NCBI GenBank assembly: GCA_052279835.1 | Contig: CP181291.1 | Span: forward strand, 5,472,001-5,536,000 | From: Microcoleus sp. | Lineage (GTDB): Bacteria > Cyanobacteriota > Cyanobacteriia > Cyanobacteriales > Microcoleaceae | Direction of reading: 5' to 3' | DNA: 64,000 bases | In this document: in pieces, positions 1 to 11,330 of the stretch | Layout: each line of letters starts with the position of its first letter | Position numbering within the stretch: position 1 is the stretch's first letter | Program-made: the position numbers and the translations under genes | Notes under the pieces: model-generated | Seen by the model: only the letters and a program-made list of their open reading frames with translations | What the model was told of the DNA's origin: nothing | The model's database searches: none

Positions 1-315
1 GCCATTCCTTCTCTGGGTGCTAGCGGTGCGATCGCAGGTGTCATGGGAGCTTATATTCTACGATATCCCCAAGCCAAAGTTCTAACATTACTCCCCTTGG
101 GAATCTTTATTACTACTGTCAGAATACCTGCTTTCTTTTTTCTAGGATTTTGGTTTGTACAACAGGCGTTTAACGGCCTTGCTTCCTTGAATGCGCCCGC
201 TAATGTGGGTATGGAATCTGGGGGAGTTGCCTACTGGGCCCATGCTGGTGGGTTTGTTTTTGGTGCTATTCTTGGCCCTTTGTTGGGGCTGTTTTCTGAA
301 GATAATGAGATTTAG
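1..315 (+). CDS. Rhomboid family intramembrane serine protease, C-terminal part (5' truncated by window edge)
   Basis: In-frame upstream sequence reads PSLGASGAIAG (catalytic GxSG); C-terminal AYWAHAGG (catalytic His); hydrophobic. Confidence 0.9.
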   Translation, partial: AIPSLGASGAIAGVMGAYILRYPQAKVLTLLPLGIFITTVRIPAFFFLGFWFVQQAFNGLASLNAPANVGMESGGVAYWAHAGGFVFGAILGPLLGLFSEDNEI

Positions 316-1880
316 TGATTAGTTAGTAGTTATATCATTTCCGGTTGTATCGGAATGATTTAACCACAGAGAGCGCAGAGAACACAGAGAGATCTCAGAG
401 AGATGAATAATTCTGCTGAAGAGAGGATTTGATATTATTGGTTATTTGTGATTTGCAGGCTCAAGCAAATAACCAATAACCAGTAACCACTAACTAATGA
501 CTTTGTTTCTAGATGAAAGTAAAGTCAAATCCTGACAAAGAAGAAACGCCTGTTACACCGTTTAACTTCGCCAAAATCCGAGAATCACTGCCAGTGACAT
601 TATTGCCATTGCCATCATAAATGATGTAAGTGTTGCCACCAGTGTCATAGGCAAATAAGAATGCTGTTCCTCCTAAAATATTAGATGAAACTGTTGTTTG
701 CACGGGGAGTAAAACTTGGTTGGTGCTGCTGACATTCCCGAATCCGGGGGCAAAATTAAACTGATCGGCGATCGGCACTCCCAGACCAGTAAAATCTGTA
801 ATTAAATCGTATCCACCTGCGGCGATCGCAGCATTGATTGCTGCGGAAGAAGCAGCATCAAACACCGGCCCTCCTGAATCAGGACTGGTATACCGGAATT
901 GATTGCTACCACCGCCACCAGTCATAGTATCGACCCCTGGGCCACCTATGAGTACGTCGTTATCCACACCGCCGTTAATCGTATCGTTGCCACCTCTACC
1001 GTCGATCGTATCGCTGCCGGCCAAACCGTTAAAATTATCAGCCAAAGAGCCGCCAATTAGATTGTTTGGCCCGCTATCTCCTGGCAAGATTTGAACGCTG
1101 ACAACACCGGTGCCTGGAGTTGTGCCGAATCCGTCGCTGATGTTGTAGCTAAAAGTAGTGCTACCGGGTACATTACCGGGGATGAATTGCACCTGAGACA
1201 CAAGATTTACGGCTATCCCCAGTTTCGGTGTGCCGACATTGATGATGTTGAGTTTCCCATTTTTCGGGCTGACATCGTTGGCTAGCACGTCGATGAATGT
1301 GGGTAGCAAATTGTTCGTATTTGTGAATACGATGCCGTCATCAACTGCGATCGGACTTAGGTTAGTTGGAGTAGTTACCGAAGTATTGAAAGAATTGATG
1401 TTAATTGCGACTGCTGCTGCTGCTGTGCCACCCTGTTCATCAGTGACGCTGTAGCTGAAAGATCCAGCTTGTCCGATGACATCTGTTGCGGGTGTGAAAT
1501 TCAGTCCGACTAATTCTTGAACGGTCAATTTTTGGTTGACGGCGATCGGGATTGTGCCGGTAACGACTAAACCGAATTTAGGATTTGGCAGTTGGGTTAC
1601 AGTGGCTGACAGAGACTGACCCTCCGGGTCACTAGGGGCAGAAATGCTTAGAGACAGAGGCAAATTCTGGAAACCCGTTATCGTTTTGCCACTTTCGACG
1701 ATGGGCGGCTGGTTAGGAGTTGGTGATGGAAAAGCCGGCGGAGTTGGACTCGGCAAAGTGGGAGTTGGGACAATGGAAGAATTCGGAGTCGGACTTGGAC
1801 TCGGACTTGGACTCGGACTCGGACTTGGAACCAGTGTTGGTAATGTTCCTGGTGTCGGACTCGCGGTTGTCCCTGCTGAT

Positions 1881-2330
1881 GTTGCTGGTGTGGGACTTGT
1901 GGTTGCTGGTGTGGGACTTGTGGTTGCTGGTGTGGGACTTGTGGTTGCTGGTGTGGGACTTGTGGTTGCTGGTGTGGGACTTGTGGTTGCTGGTGTGGGA
2001 CTTGTGGTTGCTGGTGTGGGACTTGTGGTTGCTGGTGTGGGACTTGTGGTTGTGCCAGTGGTGGAAGTCGTTGTGCCAGTAGTAGAAGTCGTTGTGCCAG
2101 TGGTGGAAGTTCTTGTGCCAGTGGTGGAAGTCGTTGTCCCAGTATTAGAACTCGTTGTGCCAGTGGTGGAAGTCGTTGTCCCAGTATTAGAACTCGTTGT
2201 GCCAGTGGTGGAAGTCGTTGTGCCAGTGGTGGAAGTTCTTGTGCCAGTGGTGGAAGTCGTTGTGCCAGTGGTGGAAGTTCTTGTGCCAGTGGTGGAAGTC
2301 GTTGTGCCAGTGGTGGAAGTCGTTGTCCCC
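1881..2330 (-). repeat. Coding 21-bp tandem repeats (TTSPTPA about x8; TTTSTTG-type about x13)
   Basis: gttgctggtgtgggacttgtg and gttgtgccagtggtggaagtc units read directly. Confidence 0.95.
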
Positions 2331-3343
2331 TGAATGATGAAGGGATTGTCATCTACACGGGGTATTTGAGCTGTCGTGAACTTAGATTCATCTAGCGCGT
2401 TAGCCCTAACATCAATTAAGACCGCCAAAAATTCACCAGTGCGCTTGTCTTGAATAATTGTGTTGCTAGAATTCGATCCTTGACCCTGAAAAATATTTAA
2501 GTCTGTAAAGCTCAAACCTCCAGCTAGACCGATCGAATCTCCAGCTTTAAAATCTGTAACTAAATCAGCATCGCCAATTTCAGGTCCACCAGTAGTCAGA
2601 AAACCGCTACCCCCAGCGGATGTGCCCACCCTACCGAGAATAAAGATATCCGCACCATCGCCTCCTGTCAGAGTATCAGTACCGCGATCGCCCGCCATAA
2701 CATCATCTCCTGCGCCACCAGACACAGAATCATTGCCATCCCCCCCGAAGAGTCGGTCATCTCCCTCGCCGCCCTCAACACTATCATTGCCTGCGCCGCC
2801 ACTGATGATGTCTCCACCCTCTTCACCAAACAGCAAATCACTGCCAGCACCGCCCTGTAAGCAATCGTTGCCGGTATCGCCAAAAATAAGGTCATTCCCC
2901 TTGTCGCCAAAAATTAAGTCGCCCTCGCCACCTCCGCGCAGAGAGTCATTCCCCTTACCGCCATAGAGTGTGTCATCACCTTCACTACCCAAGACAGTAT
3001 CGTTGCCTTGGTCCCCAAAAACTTGATCGTTACCCCGATCGCCAATTACCAAGTCATCGTCTTTACCACCCGTGCGGTATCATTACCAGGGCCGCCATCA
3101 ACTATATCCTTGCCGGCTCCACCGTTGAGATAATCATTACCATCCTCCCCTCTCAATAAATCATCCCCATCGCGACCGAGAATCGTGTCATCCCCTTCAC
3201 GGCTGGAAATGGTGTCATTGAACAAGCTACCGATGAAATAGTCACCGATGCTCCTTCCTACCACTATGCCATCGACAAATATCGGTGTGGGGGGGGTCGG
3301 AGGGGCGATCGGAGTTGGCCGTGATACAGGCGTTATCGAAATC

Positions 3344-3561
3344 GTCGTTGTACCAGTAGATGAAGTCGTTGTACCAGTAGATGAAGTCGTTGTACCAGTA
3401 GATGAAGTCGTTGTACCAGTAGATGAAGTTGTGGTACCAGTAGATGAAGTCGTTGTACCGGTAGATGAAGTCGTTGTACCGGTAGATGAAGTCGTTGTAC
3501 CGGTAGATGAAGTCGTTGTACCAGTAGATGAAGTCGTTGTACCAGTAGATGAAGTCGTTGT
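3344..3561 (-). repeat. Coding 21-bp tandem repeat (TTSSTGT about x10)
   Basis: gtcgttgtaccagtagatgaa units. Confidence 0.95.
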
Positions 3562-3789
3562 AGCTGGTTGATTCTCTAACAGGAACAATGGGTCCCCTCT
3601 CAGAAAAGCTGCTGGTACTGCACTTGGCATAATTCCGCCTCCTTGCGACACTACTCAAAAATCAAACAATCGATTCTCAACAAGTCTTTTATGGGCGGGC
3701 TATAAGAGCCCACCGCACAATCAAATTCATTCTTGGTGGAACAGGCAGGATGCCTGCTCTTAAGAATCATAACAATCTAAAATCTCAGG

Positions 3790-6700
3790 CTAGAGAAACT
3801 TAAACTGCGACGCAGTAATCACCGTGCTCAGAGAACCTGGGACTGTAGGAATAGAATTCAACACAGCCAAATCAAAAGCTGGGAGACTGTCATCAGCCGC
3901 ATTCGGATCGAAGCCGAGAACATACTTGTTGAAAGTATTATTCAGATACACAAAGAAAGCTCCTGTTTTGCCCGAACCATTCTGATTTTTCAATACTGCA
4001 TTCACTGCTTGAGCATTGTCGAATTTATTTTCAAACAAAATGACAGATTGCTTGCTGATATTGTCTCCACCACTGCCAATATTTCGGACGATAAAACTGG
4101 TGAAATCGTTAGCAGTGCCAGAGTTAGTAAAGCCACCAAAGTTTGCAGACCTGAACAAGAAGTTATCGTTGCCATTACCGTTGTTAAAATCAGCAATAAT
4201 ATCCACACCTTCGTTAGGAGTCTCGTAGTAGAAGAAATCATTGCCAACATCCCCCGTGAGTAAGTCGGAACCAGCACCGCCGCCGATAATATCATTGCCC
4301 GCACCGCCAGAAAGCGAGTCATTGTCATCAGCACCCAACAGCAAGTCGTTGCCGAAGCCGCCACTCAGACTATCGCTGCCAATGCCACCATCGATGGTGT
4401 CGTCTCCCGCATCTCCCAACAGCGAGTCGCTACCAGCTTCGCCCAAGAGATAGTCGTTCCCGGCACCTCCGAATTCAGTATCGTTGCCCTCTCCACCCAA
4501 AATAGTATCGTCGCTGTCGCCACCGGAGATGGAGTCATTATTGATACCGCCATCGAGTAAGTCTCTGCCGATACCGCCGTCGAGGATGTCATCACCAACA
4601 CCGCCTTCGATGGAGTCGTCGCCAGCCCCGCCAAATAAGGTGTCGTTACCAACGTCACCAAGTATCGAGTCGTCGCCAACTTCACCAAGTACGGAGTCAT
4701 TTCCAGTGCCACCGTTAATGGTATCGCTACCGTCACCGCCACTGAGGATGTCGTCGTCATTACCCCCAAACATCAGGTCATTACCCACCCCGCCTATGAG
4801 GGAGTCGATGCCGTCTTCGCCGTCGATGGTGTCGTTGCCTTCGCCTCCGTCGATGGTGTCGTTGCCTGTAAAACCCAGCAGAGAGTCGTTCCCTGCTTGA
4901 CCTAATACTAGGTCGTTGCCGGCTCTGCCGTCGATGATGTCGTTGCCATCACCGCCACTGAGGGTATCGTCCCCCGCGCCCCCGATGATAAAGTCGCTGA
5001 GGTTGCTGCCTGTAAAGCTGCTGGCTGGGAGGTTGCTGCGATCGACGATACTATCTACAACGGTAATACTGAAGGATGCCGGTCCGATCGTCCCTGAACC
5101 GTCTGAGGCTGTAAACGTAAAGCTGTCGTTGCCCCCAGTCGGTAACAGGTTGTATTTGATGATGTTGTTATTGATATCATCTTGGGTGAATTTACTGCCG
5201 ACATTCAACAAAGCAGTACCCCTTTGGATAAAGCCTTTGTTGGCGTTAGGGGCTTGAGTAATCGTGTAAACAATTTCCGACGCCGTGTTGTCGCTATCTG
5301 TAACTAACAAATCGGCCGCCGTAATTGTCCCAATCGGAGCGCTTTTAGCCACAACTACACCATCATTAATTGCTAGCTTCGGCGGGCTACTGACGTTGAT
5401 TGTCGCTACTGCCTGACTTGTACCTCCTCTGCCATCTGAGATGGAGTAACTAAAGCTGTCGGCACCAGAAAAGCCAGCATTCGGGGTGTATTTGAAACTG
5501 CCACCGCCCACAGGAGTCAAACTCCCCTTGCTGGTGGCGGTAAAAGTGGTAACAGTCAGAATGTTATTGTCCGGGTCAGTGTCGTTTAACAGGACGTTGA
5601 GACTCAGTGTTTGTCCCGCCACGGTGGTGAAGTTGTCGTTGACTGCCTTTGGAGCCTGATTGGGCAAGGGAATAGGAGTTGGTGGCGAAGTTGGTGTCGG
5701 AGTTGGATTTGGTGTCGGAGTTGGATTTGGTGTCGGTGTCGGATTTGGTGTCGGTGTCGGATTTGGTGTTGGAGTCGGTGTTGGAGTTGGAGTCGGTGTT
5801 GGAGTCGGAGTTGGAGTTGGTGTCGGAGTCGGTGTCGGTGTCGGTGGCTGGTCTGGAGTCGGTGTGGGGAGAGGGGTAGCGCTGCCGGGAACTGTCTGGC
5901 CAATCACAAAACTGCTGCGGCCGAGGGTTCTGCTGTCCACTCCGGGCAATACTGCTAAAAAGTCGCCACTGACACCGTTGCGAATAATCGTACTGCCTGC
6001 TTTGGTGTCGCTGCTTTGGAAGATGATCAAATCTTCAAACTTGAGGTCTCCACCTAAGCCAATTAGATCTTCGCCAATGCGAAAATCTGTAAAAATATCG
6101 GCATCACCAATGTCAGGGCCGCCGCTGGTGATAAATACCGGGTCTGTGGTGCCACCAATGCCGGGAGAGCTAACACGGGCCATGACGAAGACATCTTTGC
6201 CTTCGCCTCCTGAAACTAAGTCTTTGCCTGTTTCCCCCCACAGAACGTCGTTGCCAGCACCACCATCCATGATATCGTCGCCAGCACCGCCGAAAATGAT
6301 GTCGTCCCCATCATTGGCAAAAATTGTGTCCGCGCCGACGTTGCCGTAGAGCCAGTCGCCTCCTTCGTTGCCAAATTCTAGGTCGTCGCCGTCGCCACCG
6401 AACAGGGAGTCGTTACCTTGGTCGCCCCAAAGAACGTCATCACCTCGATCGCCAAACATACTATCATCACCCAAGCCACCGCGCAGGCTGTCACCACCTT
6501 TCCCACCGAAAGCTGTGTCTCTGCCTTCCCCTCCCACTACGGTGTCGTTGCCGTCATTACCATAAAGCAGGTCGGGGTTATTTCCCCCGTCTAGGGAGTC
6601 GCTGTTTTTGCCTCCGTAGAGCGTATCTAGTCCTGAACCGCCGTCGAGAGCATCGTTACCTGGTCCGCCGAATAGTACATCATCATCTTCGTTGCCAAAT

Positions 6701-7029
6701 ACCAGGTCGTCGCCGTCGCCACCTTGGAGGTTATCGTTGCCTTGCAGCCCCGAAATCACGTCGGGGCCGATACTGCCTATCAAGGAGTCATTTTTGTCTG
6801 TACCGCGGATAATCCCGCCGATAATTGCGGGTGTCGTGCTGCCACCTCCACCCAAGGTGTCGTCTATCCCCCCAAATGTATCGTCGGCGGGAGTTGGGGT
6901 TGGGGCCGGAGTGGGCGTTGGGGGGGGAGTTGGCGTTGGGGTTGGCGTTGGGTCTGGAGTTGGCGTTGGCGTTGGGTCTGGAGTTGGAGTTGGCGTTGGC
7001 ACCGGAATAAATGGTACTGCTGATGGCAT
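3790..7029 (-). CDS. RTX/hemolysin-type Ca-binding protein with PT linkers, an Ig-like domain and a cadherin-like domain
   Basis: Many GGxGxD repeats, (PT)n linkers, NQAPKAVND...[11 protein letters not shown]g-like motif; likely ATG at 7029 (MPSAVP). Confidence 0.9.
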   Translation of the reverse strand: MPSAVPFIPVPTPTPTPDPTPTPTPDPTPTPTPTPPPTPTPAPTPTPADDTFGGIDDTLGGGGSTTPAIIGGIIRGTDKNDSLIGSIGPDVISGLQGNDNLQGGDGDDLVFGNEDDDVLFGGPGNDALDGGSGLDTLYGGKNSDSLDGGNNPDLLYGNDGNDTVVGGEGRDTAFGGKGGDSLRGGLGDDSMFGDRGDDVLWGDQGNDSLFGGDGDDLEFGNEGGDWLYGNVGADTIFANDGDDIIFGGAGDDIMDGGAGNDVLWGETGKDLVSGGEGKDVFVMARVSSPGIGGTTDPVFITSGGPDIGDADIFTDFRIGEDLIGLGGDLKFEDLIIFQSSDTKAGSTIIRNGVSGDFLAVLPGVDSRTLGRSSFVIGQTVPGSATPLPTPTPDQPPTPTPTPTPTPTPTPTPTPTPTPTPTPNPTPTPNPTPTPNPTPTPNPTPTPTSPPTPIPLPNQAPKAVNDNFTTVAGQTLSLNVLLNDTDPDNNILTVTTFTATSKGSLTPVGGGSFKYTPNAGFSGADSFSYSISDGRGGTSQAVATINVSSPPKLAINDGVVVAKSAPIGTITAADLLVTDSDNTASEIVYTITQAPNANKGFIQRGTALLNVGSKFTQDDINNNIIKYNLLPTGGNDSFTFTASDGSGTIGPASFSITVVDSIVDRSNLPASSFTGSNLSDFIIGGAGDDTLSGGDGNDIIDGRAGNDLVLGQAGNDSLLGFTGNDTIDGGEGNDTIDGEDGIDSLIGGVGNDLMFGGNDDDILSGGDGSDTINGGTGNDSVLGEVGDDSILGDVGNDTLFGGAGDDSIEGGVGDDILDGGIGRDLLDGGINNDSISGGDSDDTILGGEGNDTEFGGAGNDYLLGEAGSDSLLGDAGDDTIDGGIGSDSLSGGFGNDLLLGADDNDSLSGGAGNDIIGGGAGSDLLTGDVGNDFFYYETPNEGVDIIADFNNGNGNDNFLFRSANFGGFTNSGTANDFTSFIVRNIGSGGDNISKQSVILFENKFDNAQAVNAVLKNQNGSGKTGAFFVYLNNTFNKYVLGFDPNAADDSLPAFDLAVLNSIPTVPGSLSTVITASQFKFL

Positions 7030-7425
7030 AATTTTGGCTCCTTTACACAATGATTATGATTGACTTTCAAACTGATTGATATCAGTTAGTTGCCAAAATT
7101 TTGGCCTTACATTGATTAATAATCTCATTCTGTTCTAACATACTAAATTAATTGGGCAATGGGTAATCGGTAATCGGTAATCGGTAATCGGTAATGGGCG
7201 GATTAAACGGCAGGGATTGGGTATTGATGTACTTGCTATTGGTTAGGGGAAGTAAAAACTAACAAATAACAAGTAACAACTAAGTAAGTCCACGTAATTA
7301 AATGCAAGATCCAAATCGCTTAAAAGCTTACTGGCTTGCGATTATTCACATCGATCTTCTTCCTTCTTTCTTCTTCCTTCTTCCTTCTACTTAACTAATT
7401 TATTCTTCCTTCTTGTTTCTGGTTT

Positions 7426-9618
7426 CTACCTTCTACCCATCGCAGGTCTTTGGTAAGAAACAGAGTTGTGAATTAGAGGCAGAAGTGGCCCGGTTTGTTC
7501 TTGTCCGTTGACGGCGAGTTCGCTGTGGCACAGGTAAAGTTGGGAACAGCGACTTAACAAATCTACCAGAATTCGCCGCAGTCGCTGTTGTCCTTCTGTT
7601 TCTTCGTCTTCACTTTCCCACGATCGCCCCTGTTGCGATCGCCAAAACAAAGGAGCACCATACAGCGTAGCCGCACCCCCACTCAGCCACAGCGGCGAAC
7701 CCGCATCTAGCCAAAAATGCCATTGGTGGGCGCGGCGACTGCTGCGGTACTGAAAGATATTGGCGATGGTGACGGTTTGGCCGTCGGGCCCATCTGGCCT
7801 GACTGGAAAGGGGTTGGCGGTGACGGTTCCTTGGCGCAATAAATGAATAAAACGGGCGATAGTCTCGGAGTCGCCACCGGACTTTGGTTCTATTTGCTGC
7901 ATTCGTCCGTCTATTTCCCAATAGTGAGTGGCAGTTTCCATTAATTCTCGCAGGGCTGCTAGTCGATCGTAGGCTAGGTATCGATCGAAGATCAGAAATT
8001 TTTGGATAGCGCGATCGAGCAGGGAAATAGGACTCGGCAACAGTCGCTCCTGTTGTTGCCTCCGCTGTTGTTCGATCCACTCCACAATGTCCTCGTAAGC
8101 AGCCGCCGCTCGGTATCCGAGTCTGTCCCATCGAGGAAAGGCTGTCAACGGTAACAATGGGGGTCGATCGAGATTTGGACAAAAACAGTGATCGGCAATT
8201 AAACCCGCTCTCACGGGGTCGATCGATTTTAGATGTGGGATTTTAGATGTGGGATTGTTAGCCTCTGCTTCCGGTTCCTCTTCCCATGGGCGGTTTCTCT
8301 GCCTGCTTAACACTACCAGCATTTCCGCTACTGCGTCTCGATCGACTAAACGGCCTAGTCCCGGATAAACTAACGCTAGCACTGTCAACAAAGCTCGAAT
8401 CGCTGGGGTACTTGACAAGGGACGCTGATCGTTGAGGGATTCGGTGGCGATGTTGTCGCGGGCTAAAATTTCTGTGAGGGTGTAACGGGCGATCGCATCT
8501 ATACCAGGAGCAATTACCGCTATCTCCCCCGGTGCCACAGCCTTTGACTTAACTGCCTCAGCAATGATTTCAGCGGTTTCTCGCAGCAGTTGGGCCCGTG
8601 AGGTAGTTTGGATCGATCGCACCTCCACAGGAAAACTCAAACCAAAAGGATAAAAAGCATCAAAATTAACAGCTAAATTCACCGCTAACTCACCAATATC
8701 TTTAGCTAAACCTGCTTTTCGATCCAAGTATTCCACTGTGGCACAGCGTGTTTCCAGTTGAGCCATATATTCAGTATCAGCCCCCAAGCCCAAGCGCACT
8801 CCTCCATCTGGATTGTAGGTGAAGGCCCCCGTCGCCCCTGAAGACAGCAAAAACTCCAACAAATCGCGACTGATAGCTGGATAATCATCCACATCGTCAG
8901 CGATGACTGCTTGATATCGCGAGGCTAAACGCTCTTGGTAAGTGGGATTCTGCAACAAATAGCGCCAGTAGAGTTCCCCAATCATCCCGTAAGTCAGCAG
9001 CCCCCTTGTCAAACACCATTCCCGCCATCTTCCCAGCAACTCTCCCATGCTAGTCCAAAGACGAGTCTGGTCACTTTGCTGAGCAAATCCCTGTTCCAGA
9101 ATACTGGGAATTGCTTCGATCGGTGTCCCGCTAACCGCAGCCAGTTGTAACAAATCTAGAGTTCGACGCACCATGCGATTTGGACTCACCCCTGTTTGTT
9201 GCAAAATCCCTTCGTCTAGCTCGTGACGCCATAGTCTAGTTGCAAGTTCCAGTTCAGTTTCAGGTTGCAGCCGCAGGGGAAATTGAGTCCTCAATTCCAG
9301 GGAATCCATTAGCAACGGCCAAAAAAGCATTACCTCCTGCTCGAAAAAGCCAAAGGGTGTGGTTGAGTTAAAGGTATATTTTCCTTGGGTGGCGACGGCG
9401 ATGCGATCGGCCAATTCCAGGCGATTTTCTCCATTAGCTGCTAAAACTAAAATTGCTCGCCCAGTCTGTCCCAGCCTGCGATGACCAGAACCCAAGCGAC
9501 TTGAAACTGTTGCTGACAGAGGCTTAACAGTTTTGCTCCACAGGCAGAACTGTTCAATTAGGCGACTGGTTTTGCCACTGCGAGCGGCTCCGACAATCCA
9601 AATTGAATCCGAAGACAC
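7426..9618 (-). CDS. Conserved cyanobacterial protein with an N-terminal P-loop, UvrD/helicase-like (possibly inactive)
   Basis: GAARSGKT Walker A, VIADDVDD Walker-B-like, EIAVIAPG motif. Confidence 0.6.
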   Translation of the reverse strand: MSSDSIWIVGAARSGKTSRLIEQFCLWSKTVKPLSATVSSRLGSGHRRLGQTGRAILVLAANGENRLELADRIAVATQGKYTFNSTTPFGFFEQEVMLFWPLLMDSLELRTQFPLRLQPETELELATRLWRHELDEGILQQTGVSPNRMVRRTLDLLQLAAVSGTPIEAIPSILEQGFAQQSDQTRLWTSMGELLGRWREWCLTRGLLTYGMIGELYWRYLLQNPTYQERLASRYQAVIADDVDDYPAISRDLLEFLLSSGATGAFTYNPDGGVRLGLGADTEYMAQLETRCATVEYLDRKAGLAKDIGELAVNLAVNFDAFYPFGLSFPVEVRSIQTTSRAQLLRETAEIIAEAVKSKAVAPGEIAVIAPGIDAIARYTLTEILARDNIATESLNDQRPLSSTPAIRALLTVLALVYPGLGRLVDRDAVAEMLVVLSRQRNRPWEEEPEAEANNPTSKIPHLKSIDPVRAGLIADHCFCPNLDRPPLLPLTAFPRWDRLGYRAAAAYEDIVEWIEQQRRQQQERLLPSPISLLDRAIQKFLIFDRYLAYDRLAALRELMETATHYWEIDGRMQQIEPKSGGDSETIARFIHLLRQGTVTANPFPVRPDGPDGQTVTIANIFQYRSSRRAHQWHFWLDAGSPLWLSGGAATLYGAPLFWRSQQGRSWESEDEETEGQQRLRRILVDLLSRCSQLYLCHSELAVNGQEQTGPLLPLIHNSVSYQRPAMGRR

Positions 9619-9699
9619 GATTTCTAATCTAAGTAAGTTTGCTACTATACCATGAATACTTTAATCACTAATCCCACGGTAGACTAACCAGCTTTAGCT

Positions 9700-11058
9700 A
9701 TGAATACTTCTCCCTGGAACAGATTTGTAAAATATCTCTACAGTGCTCGCCAATGGTATCGAGAAACGCCTGAAAGAGCTCTAGAACAAGCCTACGAAGC
9801 TGCTTTGGCAATTAAGGCGATCGAAGACGAACATTTTGGTGGTCAACCCATTGGCGATGGCGGGGGCGATTACGGAGACAGCACTTTATCTTACTTTAAA
9901 TCCGATCTGCAAAAATACCTCAAAGCCATTCAAACTAGAATGGTTGAGTTTAATGCCAGCCGTGCTTTTTTGGAACTACCGGAGCGGGTAGCTGCTCAAC
10001 CGAAGGGTGGAGTTTTGGTCGATCGTTACCACCGTGGATTCGGCATAGATACCAAAGATCGAGCCTCCCTTGTATTTGAAAAGTTAGAGTTTATTGATAG
10101 GGTCATCGCTCGCTATATTAATCGCAAACCTACGGCTATTGTACCAATTTCTAATACTCCCAACCTTCCGATTAGTTCTAAAACGGGCAGTCCTCAGCCT
10201 TACCAAAATAACGGTTCCCCTAACTCCATCCCCAGTGACGCTGAGGGAGTTGATACTTATACTGAGGAAGTGAGTTTATTGCCCCGATCGCTTTTGGGGA
10301 CGTTGAATCGCATTACTAAAGAGTTAGATCCGGCAGCCGAAAAAGAAGTAGTTAAAAATTTTCGCAATTCAAAAGTAAAAACAGTCATTTCTTTAAGGTT
10401 TATTTTACTTTTGATATTAGTGCCGCTGTTGACTCATCAAATCGCCAAAAATTTTATAGTTGGACCGATAGTCGATCGGGTAATAACGAATAACAATGCT
10501 CCTCTTTTCATCAATGTTGATTTGGAAGAAGAAGCATTTAAAGAATTGGAAAAATTTGAGCAACACCTGAAATTTCAAACATTAATTGGTAGGGCTCCAG
10601 CTATTTCTCCAGAAGAAACCGAAAAGAAAATTGAAGAAAAAGCTCTGGAAATAGCTGAAGAATTCGGAAATGAAAGCTCTGGGGCTATCAAAAATGTGTT
10701 TGCGGATTTGATTTCCGCTCTGGCTTTTGTGATGATTCTCCTCACCAACAAGAAAGAAATTGAAATTGTCAAGTCTTTTATGGACGATGTGGTTTATGGT
10801 CTCAGTGACAGTGCCAAGGCTTTTGTGATTATTTTGTTTACCGATGTGTTTGTCGGATTCCACTCACCCCACGGTTGGGAAGTAATTCTGGAAGGTGTAT
10901 CAAGACATTTCGGACTACCAGAAAATCGGCAGTTCATATTTCTGTTCATTGCCACTTTTCCTGTGATATTGGATACCGTATTTAAGTATTGGATATTCCG
11001 CTACTTAAATCGGAGTTCTCCTTCTGCTGTGGCTACTTACAAAAATATGAACGAATAG
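9700..11058 (+). CDS. pcxA: Proton extrusion protein PcxA (CemA/CotA family)
   Basis: TPERALEQAY N-terminal motif; FVGFHSPHGWE and FKYWIFRYLNR CemA motifs. Confidence 0.95.
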   Translation: MNTSPWNRFVKYLYSARQWYRETPERALEQAYEAALAIKAIEDEHFGGQPIGDGGGDYGDSTLSYFKSDLQKYLKAIQTRMVEFNASRAFLELPERVAAQPKGGVLVDRYHRGFGIDTKDRASLVFEKLEFIDRVIARYINRKPTAIVPISNTPNLPISSKTGSPQPYQNNGSPNSIPSDAEGVDTYTEEVSLLPRSLLGTLNRITKELDPAAEKEVVKNFRNSKVKTVISLRFILLLILVPLLTHQIAKNFIVGPIVDRVITNNNAPLFINVDLEEEAFKELEKFEQHLKFQTLIGRAPAISPEETEKKIEEKALEIAEEFGNESSGAIKNVFADLISALAFVMILLTNKKEIEIVKSFMDDVVYGLSDSAKAFVIILFTDVFVGFHSPHGWEVILEGVSRHFGLPENRQFIFLFIATFPVILDTVFKYWIFRYLNRSSPSAVATYKNMNE

Positions 11059-11325
11059 GGAATGGGGAATGGGGAATGGGGAATCGCGCATTGGGCATTG
11101 GTTGTTAGTTATTAGTTGTTTGTTAGTTGTTGGTTGTTGGTTGTTGGTTATTGGTTATTGGTTATTGGTTATTGGTTATTGGTTGTTGGTTATTGGTTAT
11201 TAGTTATTAAACTAACAACGAACCACAAACAAATAACAACTAATAACTAACCACCAACAAATAACCAATAACAACTAACAAATAACCAATAACTAACAAA
11301 CAATAACAACTAACCAATAACCAAT
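11058..11325. repeat. Heptamer short tandem repeats (STRR: GGGGAAT, TTGGTTA and inverted TAACCAA/AACAAAT) between convergent genes
   Basis: Tandem heptamers read directly, in two opposed blocks. Confidence 0.9.
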
Positions 11326-11330
11326 ATTTT

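Larger units (their letters stand above)
509..3630 (-). pseudogene. RTX/hemolysin-type Ca-binding surface protein with Thr/Pro-rich linkers and Ig/cadherin-like domains, split by a 1-bp frameshift near 3069-3071 (pseudogene or sequencing error)
   Basis: ORFs 3046..3651 and 509..3052 both carry GGxGxD nonapeptides. Adding one G restores the continuous PGNDTARGGKDDDLVIGDRGND. ATG at 3630 begins MPSAVP, like the neighbouring paralog. Confidence 0.8.

Noticed and set aside
1881..2330. 21-bp repeat arrays as CRISPR
   Set aside because: Head-to-tail repeats without spacers, in frame within a CDS.
1644..7063. Many antisense and alternative-frame ORFs over the RTX genes (Val/Gly- or Ser/Pro-rich)
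   Set aside because: Shadow ORFs produced by tandem repeats and codon bias of the real minus-strand genes.
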